The position numbers and the translations under genes are program-made. This document shows, one piece after another, positions 57,082-64,000 of a stretch of DNA of 64,000 nt (its first letter is position 1; each line of letters begins with the position of its first letter). Below the pieces are notes generated by a model. It ran no database searches and was not told the origin of the DNA. It saw only the letters and a list, made by a program, of their open reading frames with translations. The stretch is taken from assembly GCA_000998135.1 (NCBI GenBank), contig LCCV01000004.1:21681-85680 (forward strand). Direction: 5' to 3'. Source of the stretch: Parcubacteria group bacterium GW2011_GWA2_42_14 (GTDB lineage: Bacteria > Patescibacteriota > Minisyncoccia > Sungbacterales > GWA2-42-14).

Positions 57082-58188
57082 ATGAAAATGAATGACCTCT
57101 TTTTAAATTTTAAGATCCTGCTGTCGTTTTGGGACATAATCAAGCGGCGGGATTTTATTTTGGGCAAGGCCGTCAAAGATTTTGAGAAGAAACTCGCGTT
57201 ATATCTTGAAGCGCCTTATGTTTTAGGAGTGGCCAGCTGCACCGACGCACTGATTCTATCCTTAAAGGCGCTTGGCATCGGGCATGGGGACGAAGTAATT
57301 GTTCCGGCCGTCAGTTTTTTTTCAACTGCCGGAGCGGTTTCCTGGGTTAACGCCAAACCGGTTTTTGTTGATATTGAAGAAAAAAGTTTTAATATCAACT
57401 CGGATTTAATTGAAAAAGTCATTATGCCAAAAACTAAAGCGATAATTGTTGCGCATCTTGCCGGTAGAATGGCAGCTCTGGAAAAAATTTCTGCTCTTAC
57501 AGGAAAGTATAATTTATATTTAATTGAAGACGCGGCTCAAACTCTCGGCGCTAAATATAAAAATCGCCATATCGGATATTACGCCGATTTGGCTTGTTTA
57601 AGTTTTAATCCCCAAAAAATTCTTTCGGCTTACGGCGACGGCGGAGCGATTGTGACCGGACAAACCGCACTGGCGGAAAAAATTTCTATGATGAGAATGT
57701 ACGGAGCTAACGGCTATAAAGAAGTAAGTTTTCGCCACCCGATTGCCGGTGTTTCCAGCCGATTAAGTTCTTTTCAGGCGGCCGTATTAAATATAAAACT
57801 TGACCAATTGAACAAAATTATTGAAAAATGGAGGAAAAATTATTTTTTGTACTCGGAACTTTTGAGGGGCGTTGACAGCATCGTTCTTCCGGAAACCCCT
57901 TCCGAGGACTATTACATTAACGGTTATCGTTTTATTATTTTAACAAAAAAAAGAGATGAATTGCTTAAATACCTAAGAGATAATAGGGTAGATGCGCGCA
58001 GCCACTATTCGGTTCCGCTTCCTTATCTTGGCGCGTTTGAGTATTTGAATTATAAAAAGGGTGATTTTCCGGTTGCCGAAAAATTTGCCGAAGAATCCCT
58101 GGCGCTTCCTTTAAGCCACAGGATATCGGAATCGGAAATGCGCCATATCGCTGATTTAATAAGGAAATTTTTTGAGGTTATCGAATAA
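57082..58188 (+). CDS. DegT/DnrJ/EryC1/StrS-family PLP-dependent sugar aminotransferase
   Basis: FILGKAVKDFEKKLALYLEAPYVLGVASCTDAL, and a PLP-lysine region ...SFNPQKIL... The upstream in-frame ATG at 57061 is a possible alternative start. Confidence 0.8.
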   Translation: MKMNDLFLNFKILLSFWDIIKRRDFILGKAVKDFEKKLALYLEAPYVLGVASCTDALILSLKALGIGHGDEVIVPAVSFFSTAGAVSWVNAKPVFVDIEEKSFNINSDLIEKVIMPKTKAIIVAHLAGRMAALEKISALTGKYNLYLIEDAAQTLGAKYKNRHIGYYADLACLSFNPQKILSAYGDGGAIVTGQTALAEKISMMRMYGANGYKEVSFRHPIAGVSSRLSSFQAAVLNIKLDQLNKIIEKWRKNYFLYSELLRGVDSIVLPETPSEDYYINGYRFIILTKKRDELLKYLRDNRVDARSHYSVPLPYLGAFEYLNYKKGDFPVAEKFAEESLALPLSHRISESEMRHIADLIRKFFEVIE

Positions 58189-58311
58189 TTTAGTTATTGC
58201 CTGAGCTTGTCGAAGGCATACAAATAAGAATTTATAAAATAAGGTAGTCCCTCGACTCCGCTCGGGGAATATTCAATAGTTTCTTTTGCTGTTTGACGCG
58301 TTTTAAATATT

Positions 58312-58593
58312 TTGTTAATATACGCATATATGGTTAAAATTATTTCGTTGGACAAAATAGAGAATAATTTGACTGGTTTTTTTGGAGGTTTGCAAAGAAA
58401 TTCTTATGTGGTGGTGAAAAAAAACGGCAAGACGATTGCCGGTATTATTAATGCCGAGGAAATGGAGGATTTTTTAGACGCGCGTGATTTGTCTCTGCAA
58501 AAACAAATTAGGCGAAGTTATCGGGAGTTTAAAGGCGGTAAAGCCAAGCCAGCGCGTATTCTTCTTCAAAAAATTACTGCAACAGGAAAATAA
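58312..58593 (+). CDS. Phd/YefM-like antitoxin candidate
   Basis: 93 aa, directly upstream of and abutting the RelE/ParE-like gene. Confidence 0.4.
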   Translation: MLIYAYMVKIISLDKIENNLTGFFGGLQRNSYVVVKKNGKTIAGIINAEEMEDFLDARDLSLQKQIRRSYREFKGGKAKPARILLQKITATGK

Positions 58594-58875
58594 ATGGCAA
58601 AGTATATTGTTTTAACAACTTCGCTTTTTGACCGAGAAGCCGGGAAACTCGCTAAATTCCATAGGAATATCACCGATGTTTTATCCTCGGTGATTTTTGT
58701 TTTGGAAAACGACCCTTTCAATAATTCACGGCATTATGATATTCGTAAACTAGAAAGCGTTAAACACGGAGAAGGTCAGTTTCGAATTCGCTTAGGACAA
58801 TGGCGGATCCGCTATGATGTGGAGGATGATAAGGTTATTCTTTATTCTTTTCGCGACCGTAAAGAAGGGTATTGA
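58594..58875 (+). CDS. RelE/ParE-family toxin
   Basis: C-terminal WRIRYDVEDDKVILYSFRDRKEGY, typical of RelE/ParE. Confidence 0.6.
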   Translation: MAKYIVLTTSLFDREAGKLAKFHRNITDVLSSVIFVLENDPFNNSRHYDIRKLESVKHGEGQFRIRLGQWRIRYDVEDDKVILYSFRDRKEGY

Positions 58876-58894
58876 AAATAGAGTTTGTTTATAC

Positions 58895-60214
58895 ATGGAA
58901 CAAAAATATTTGTTTGAAGAAAACCCGAATCCCAATGCCAAAATCGCTTTTGTAGTTTGGAACGCTAATGATTTTTATGTTTATAAGGATGTTTACAAGC
59001 ATCTTCCCGAGGCGGAAATTGTTGTTAGCGATACATTTTATAGCCCTATTTGGCAAAGAGGCGATGAACATATTACAGATTTAATTAATCTTTTGAAACG
59101 TCACGGCGTTAATTGGCGGGTTATAAGGCATCTTAATTTGAGCGATGAAAAGGAAAAAGAAATAATTGAAAATTTTTTCGCGAAATATGAAATAATTGTT
59201 GCTCTTCGATTATGGACGCCACTAGCAACAGCAATGTTCAATAGCTGGCTTTTTAAGAAAAAAAGCGTATTGATGAATTACGGAGCGGGCAAAGATATTA
59301 TTACCTTTGCTCCGTGGGTTGCCCACTTTAACATTGTATTGAGCGATGGACCGCGCGAGCATCATTATTTTAATCTTTTAAGCAATTCTTATATTGTTGG
59401 CGTGCCGAAGTATGATAATTGGTTTAGTCAGACAATTGATTCAGTTAAAATTGAACAAATAAAAAACCGTTTGGACCCCGCCAAAAAAACATTGTTGTAT
59501 CTTCCAACTCATAGCGCTTTTTCATCGCTTTATAAATTTAGTGATGCCGTCATATCTTTGGCGGATAAATATAATATTTTAATCAAGTTGCACTATTTAA
59601 ACTCCATTACTGAAGAAAATATTGTAAAAAAATTCAAAGAGCATAAAAAAATTTTTCTTTTTGATGAAAAGGATGACCTCTTACCATTATTTTGTCTTGC
59701 CGATGCTGTTTTAAGCGATTCGTCGTCAGCGTCGCTTGAAGCGATATTGGTGGATAAACCGTTGGTAATTCTTGACACCCAGGAAGATGAGAAAAACATG
59801 ACCGAGGAAAAAGAGTATAATGGATTATGGTATTCCTCCGGCCAGGTTTACTCTAAAAGCATTGAACAGCAGATTAAAAAGCCGGAAATGGCGGTTGGCG
59901 AAGTTGTTAAGAATCCCGAAGAAGTGGGGGTGGCTGTTGCAAGGTCCTTTGGAGCGGAACCCCGGTTTAAGGAGAATAGAAAAAGATTGCGCGATGAGCT
60001 TTTTTCTTACAACGACGGAAAATGCGGGGAACGCGCCGCTGGTGTCATTAGAAAATATCTTCATGGTGAAATAAAACCGGAGCCGCCGATGCTCGGCATG
60101 GCCATCCGCAGTTATTTTTCTTCTCAGGCCAAAGAATATCAATTGAAATTGCGTAAGAAAGAGAAAGAGATAGAGTGGTTGAAAGAAATAGCGGCAGGGC
60201 GTAAAAAGATTTAG
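58895..60214 (+). CDS. CDP-polyol phosphotransferase, TagB/TagF-like, paralog 1
   Basis: [13 protein letters not shown] motif region. Paralogous to 61712-63070 end to end (both start ..NPNPNAKI.F and end [11 protein letters not shown]). The upstream in-frame ATG at 58814 is a possible alternative start. Confidence 0.55.
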   Translation: MEQKYLFEENPNPNAKIAFVVWNANDFYVYKDVYKHLPEAEIVVSDTFYSPIWQRGDEHITDLINLLKRHGVNWRVIRHLNLSDEKEKEIIENFFAKYEIIVALRLWTPLATAMFNSWLFKKKSVLMNYGAGKDIITFAPWVAHFNIVLSDGPREHHYFNLLSNSYIVGVPKYDNWFSQTIDSVKIEQIKNRLDPAKKTLLYLPTHSAFSSLYKFSDAVISLADKYNILIKLHYLNSITEENIVKKFKEHKKIFLFDEKDDLLPLFCLADAVLSDSSSASLEAILVDKPLVILDTQEDEKNMTEEKEYNGLWYSSGQVYSKSIEQQIKKPEMAVGEVVKNPEEVGVAVARSFGAEPRFKENRKRLRDELFSYNDGKCGERAAGVIRKYLHGEIKPEPPMLGMAIRSYFSSQAKEYQLKLRKKEKEIEWLKEIAAGRKKI

Positions 60215-60227
60215 AAACAAAATTTAT

Positions 60228-60989
60228 ATGATTTCGCGCCACAAACATTATATAAAAACAGCGCTGGTTACAGGCGGGGTTGAGGGTATCGGTCGGGCTG
60301 TTGTTTTGCGTCTGGTAGACGACGGTTTTCGGATTGCCATAAATTATAAAGATGCAAAAACAAAAAATTATGCCGAATTACTGGCTGAAAATTTAAGAAA
60401 GAAAAACGCCGATTTTATGATTATCAAAGCGGATATATCTCAAGAAAAACAGGTAAGAGAAATGATGCGAATAATCAAGAATAGGTTCGGCGGTTTGGAT
60501 GTTGTTGTAAATAACGCTGGAATAAATCAAACCGAAATTTTTGCCAAGCTTGATTTAAGGCGCTTTAATGATGTTTTGCAAACAAATTTGTTCGGTTCCG
60601 TTTTGGTTACGAAACATGCTTTGCCGCTTTTGAAAAAATCAAATGACCCGCGAATAATTTTTATTTCTTCGGTTAATTCTTTTATCGGCTCTCCTCATAG
60701 GGCCGCTTATATCGTTTCTAAAAGCGGAATTTTGGGCTTGTCCCGGGCTTTGGCCGCGGAGCTTGCCCCGAAAATTTTGGTAAATACGGTGGTGCCGGGA
60801 TATATTGATACCAAGATGTTTCATAAATTCAGTAGGGGTCCTGTCGGCGAAAAAATAAAAAAAATTCCACTGGGAAGAATAGGAAGGCCGGAAGAAGTGG
60901 CGTCGGTTGTATCTTTTCTTTGCTTTCAAGATGCCTCTTATATTACCGGGCAATGCATCCACGTAAACGGAGGACTTTATTTTTCATGA
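60228..60989 (+). CDS. short-chain dehydrogenase/reductase (SDR)
   Basis: [11 protein letters not shown] Rossmann motif, NNAG, and the YxxxK catalytic pair (YIVSK). Confidence 0.8.
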   Translation: MISRHKHYIKTALVTGGVEGIGRAVVLRLVDDGFRIAINYKDAKTKNYAELLAENLRKKNADFMIIKADISQEKQVREMMRIIKNRFGGLDVVVNNAGINQTEIFAKLDLRRFNDVLQTNLFGSVLVTKHALPLLKKSNDPRIIFISSVNSFIGSPHRAAYIVSKSGILGLSRALAAELAPKILVNTVVPGYIDTKMFHKFSRGPVGEKIKKIPLGRIGRPEEVASVVSFLCFQDASYITGQCIHVNGGLYFS

Positions 60990-61705
60990 TTTCTAAAAAT
61001 AAAATAAAAAAAATTAGGGTTGTGGCAATTTTATTGGCGGGAGGAAGGGGTGAAAGAATGGGAGGCGTTTTTAAACAGTTTTTAAAAATTAGCGGGAAGC
61101 CGGTCTTTTTTTATTCTTTGGAGAAATTGATTGACAATGAATTTATTAACGAAATTATTGTCGTTGTTCCCGAACAAAAAGTAAATTATACTAAACGTCT
61201 TATTGAAAAAAAATTAAATAATGCAAAAGTTAGGGTTATTCCGTGTGAAAAAACGCGAAAATTATCGTCTTCGCGCGTAATTTTTGATTTTAAAAAAAGA
61301 GAATGTCCGCCGGATTATGTCATTTTTCACGATGCCGCCCGCCCGGCAATTTCTGAACGCATAGTCAATAGTGTTATTTGCGAAGCCGTTCGTTGCGGCG
61401 GGGCGGTTGTTGCCGGAAAAGCGGCCGACCTTATTTTTGAAGCCGGAAGCGGGTATATACATCGCGCCATACCCAAAGAAATGGCGTATTGTGGTTTTAC
61501 TCCGCAATGTTTTCGGTTCAAAGACCTATATGAGGCGCATAAAAAATCTGCCGATAAAAAAATTTTTGATTCGGCGGATAATATTGAACTTTTATTGCGT
61601 TTTTCCAAAAAATGCCGTATTAAACTAATTGAGTATTCGCGGCCCATTCATAAAATTACTTTTTCGTACGATATCGCGATGATTAAGCAGTTTTTAAAAA
61701 AATGA
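60986..61705 (+). CDS. IspD/TarI-like cytidylyltransferase (CDP-polyol synthesis)
   Basis: [27 protein letters not shown]. 4-nt ATGA overlap with the SDR gene. Confidence 0.6.
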   Translation: MISKNKIKKIRVVAILLAGGRGERMGGVFKQFLKISGKPVFFYSLEKLIDNEFINEIIVVVPEQKVNYTKRLIEKKLNNAKVRVIPCEKTRKLSSSRVIFDFKKRECPPDYVIFHDAARPAISERIVNSVICEAVRCGGAVVAGKAADLIFEAGSGYIHRAIPKEMAYCGFTPQCFRFKDLYEAHKKSADKKIFDSADNIELLLRFSKKCRIKLIEYSRPIHKITFSYDIAMIKQFLKK

Positions 61706-61711
61706 CGCTCT

Positions 61712-63070
61712 ATGGAAATTGGTTTGAATAAAAAATATCAAGATAATCCCAATCCAAACGCAAAAATCGGGTTTGTTATTATGTACCCTTTTCAGTTTAA
61801 CGTGTTTAAGAATGTATACGAGCGCCTTAAAGATGAAGCGGAGTTTATTATTGATGGCGGCCGATTTTTTCCTAATCCGCCGCCTCCGGAAATTATTGAA
61901 AACTGCATTAGAACTTTACAAGAACAAGGCGTTTATTTCAGGGTTCTTTATTATGAAGATTATCGGCGCCAAAAATACCTTGTGGATTTTTTTTCAAATT
62001 ATAAGGCGTTAGTAGGGTTATGGAGAAGCGGCTGTCTGGTTATTCCCCAGACCGATAAGGCGCGCAAGGTTCATATGAATTATGGCGCGGGAAAGGAACT
62101 TACTATGTTTTGGTCGCGACACCGGGATTGGGATTTGTATCTTTGCTTGGGGCCGCGCGTATATGAGATTATTAAACTTTTTACCTGGGCGGAAATTGTC
62201 GGCTACCCGAAATTTGACGATTGGTTTAATGATACCGTGGACGAAAACGCGGTTTCAGAAATTAAAAAAAAATTGGACCCTTCAAAAAAAACGGTTCTTT
62301 ACCTTCCGACTCACGGAGACCTTTCTTCAATAGACGCGCTTGCCGGCGAGCTTAGAAAAAATACATCACTTTATAATATTTTGGTGAAGCCCCATTATTA
62401 CACTCCATTGGAAGAACCTGACCGCATAAAGAAATTGCAACATAATGGTATTATCCTTTTTCAGGATGAAAGTGATACCTTGCCGTTTTTTAAGGTTGCG
62501 GATGCCGTTGTGAGCGACAATTCCAGCGCTATTTTTGACGCCATTTTGGCCGATAAGCCGGTTGTGGTTACCGATTTTTTGTCGGAAGAGTATTTAAATG
62601 ATGAGCATAAAAAACTGAAATCTTTTCGTTTCCGCCTGCCTGAGGGCGCCCTGACTTATTCGCAAAGTATTGAACAGAGAATAAAGCGCGACGGTTCGGT
62701 GGTTGCCCTAAAAAAAGCGGCAGAATTTAAAAATGCGGTGGAACAGGCATTGGCCGACGGCCAACAGTTTCAAGAAGCAAGAAAAAAGTTGCGGGAAGAA
62801 ATTTTTGCTTTCAATGACGGAAAATGTGGGGAGCGCGCGGCTTGCGCGATTCAGAAACTTATTTCTTTGGAACGCCTTCCGGAAAAACCGATTTTGTATC
62901 ATGTGTTTGAAGCGGAGTATCAGGTGTTTAGAGAATATTCAAACGCGCTTAGCAAAACCGGTCCGTCAGGCAGAAGCATAATGGATTATTATAGCTCAAG
63001 AGCGGTTTTTCGAATAAAGTCCCTGCCGTTTTTTAAGCGCGTGGCAACTGTCATAAAAGAGTTTTTTTAA
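61712..63070 (+). CDS. CDP-polyol phosphotransferase, TagB/TagF-like, paralog 2
   Basis: KKTVLYLPTHGDLSS. Paralogous to 58895-60214. Confidence 0.55.
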   Translation: MEIGLNKKYQDNPNPNAKIGFVIMYPFQFNVFKNVYERLKDEAEFIIDGGRFFPNPPPPEIIENCIRTLQEQGVYFRVLYYEDYRRQKYLVDFFSNYKALVGLWRSGCLVIPQTDKARKVHMNYGAGKELTMFWSRHRDWDLYLCLGPRVYEIIKLFTWAEIVGYPKFDDWFNDTVDENAVSEIKKKLDPSKKTVLYLPTHGDLSSIDALAGELRKNTSLYNILVKPHYYTPLEEPDRIKKLQHNGIILFQDESDTLPFFKVADAVVSDNSSAIFDAILADKPVVVTDFLSEEYLNDEHKKLKSFRFRLPEGALTYSQSIEQRIKRDGSVVALKKAAEFKNAVEQALADGQQFQEARKKLREEIFAFNDGKCGERAACAIQKLISLERLPEKPILYHVFEAEYQVFREYSNALSKTGPSGRSIMDYYSSRAVFRIKSLPFFKRVATVIKEFF

Positions 63071-63261
63071 CTGTTTGTCTGCGAAAACAAGCGATAGTGA
63101 AGTTTGAACAGCAACAAACAGTTAACCCCTCACCAATCTTGTGGTTGCCTTGGGCCGGAATTCAAAAAGCCGAGAACACTTTTCCGGTGTTCGAGGCGAA
63201 TGCTGTGAGATTATTCCTTGTTTATTCTTACAGTTTTTTTGAGATTGGTGAGGGGTTAATT

Positions 63262-64000
63262 TCATCTGTTTTTTATTATCATATATTTTCCGAGCCACAG
63301 GCAGGCATTTATGTTTATTTCAAGAAAAATAAAAAATAATGCCTGCGAAATTGTTTTTTGAAAAATTTCATCGTTCAGGGCTTTTATAATATGTGATGTT
63401 CCGGCAAGAGCGCGCCAGAGAGAAGTTTTGAATGAAGTATTGAACACCGGGCATGTCGGATGAATTTTTGAAATAAGAAAGCAATCATATCCAACGCGAA
63501 GCCAGTATCTGACAAATTTTCTAAAATTAAAGTCGGCCTCGTGCGGAATGAATACGGGACGATAGAGAAGGGGCGCGCCGAGCTTGTGGAGTCGGATTTT
63601 AAGTTCCCAATCGTTGAATGTTCTTAAATTATGGTTGAACCCGCCGCAATCCAAAAGCGCCTGTTTTCGGTAACATACGTTTGCCGTATCGCCGCAATTG
63701 TTGAAAGGGCTCATTGTAGCGGACTTGCATTCGGCTTTCATATAAGGAAGCCGCCGCCAGAACATAAATGTGTCATAACGGCTTGGTTCGGCTCCGTTAT
63801 CGCGATGCGGTTTTTTCCATCCGCCGACGGCGATGCATTCCTTATTAGTTTCAAACGCGCTGAGGAATTGGTATAGCCATTCCGGAGGAGCGATGCAGTC
63901 GTCATCGGTTATAGCTATGAATTCTCCACCCGAGGAGAGTATTCCCGCGTTTCTGGCAAACGAAGAGCCGAGATTTTTTTCAAGCGTTATCAGGGTAATG
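63262..64000 (-). CDS. family-2 glycosyltransferase (3' part; the 5' end lies beyond the window)
   Basis: The reverse frame continues past 63765 to the window end with ...GEFIAITDDDCIAPPEW... (DxD). Confidence 0.55.
   Translation of the reverse strand, partial: ITLITLEKNLGSSFARNAGILSSGGEFIAITDDDCIAPPEWLYQFLSAFETNKECIAVGGWKKPHRDNGAEPSRYDTFMFWRRLPYMKAECKSATMSPFNNCGDTANVCYRKQALLDCGGFNHNLRTFNDWELKIRLHKLGAPLLYRPVFIPHEADFNFRKFVRYWLRVGYDCFLISKIHPTCPVFNTSFKTSLWRALAGTSHIIKALNDEIFQKTISQALFFIFLEININACLWLGKYMIIKNR

Overview
This 64-kb window is low-GC and has the look of a small-genome, CPR/Parcubacteria-like bacterium. I infer that from content only: short genes, GatCAB, ThyX next to Tmk, type IV pilins, a stripped-down set of peptidoglycan enzymes and many orphan ORFs. 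The standard genetic code applies, since TGA terminates ligA, gatA and gyrB.

Recognisable genes:
- Signalling: a divergent vWA / J-domain–Ser/Thr kinase / PP2C triad (TerY-P-like).
- Housekeeping: gatA, gatC, gatB, ligA, gyrB, secE, nusG, rplK, tmk, a long-form ThyX, mgtE and tRNA-Gly(CCC).
- Pilus: a type IV pilin operon ending in a LamG-domain protein. Upstream of it sits a truncated, divergent AlaRS catalytic-domain paralog.
- Cell wall: M23 peptidase, PBP1A and a lytic transglycosylase.
- Surface glycopolymer: a region of about 17 kb (47–64 kb) with a FabH-like KAS III, three PaaK/CapK-like adenylating enzymes, a DegT aminotransferase, an NTP-transferase, two TagF-like polyol-phosphate transferases, an SDR plus IspD/TarI-like pair, and a GT2.
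- Toxin–antitoxin and abortive-infection modules interleaved with the above: AbiEi/AbiEii-like, MNT+HEPN, a fused MNT-HEPN, VapBC and Phd/RelE.

The window is unusually rich in short repeat families. I count at least eight MITE-like or hairpin repeat families. One family is inserted in frame into both gatA and gatB, giving the same NPKSQIPN peptide in each.

Other signals worth a second look:
- Heptamer tandem repeats abut several start codons.
- A repeat-structured island of about 3 kb lies next to tRNA-Gly, with a duplicated tRNA 5' half.
- Two accessory cassettes are bounded by duplications of host-gene ends of about 80–110 bp.
- A MutT-like Nudix gene carries an in-frame TGA, inside a cluster with two NDT/Rcl-like paralogs.
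- A higher-GC 634-aa orphan gene.
- A CheY-like receiver gene with two compensating frameshifts.

All calls rest on reading the sequence and motif recognition. I could run no database searches.
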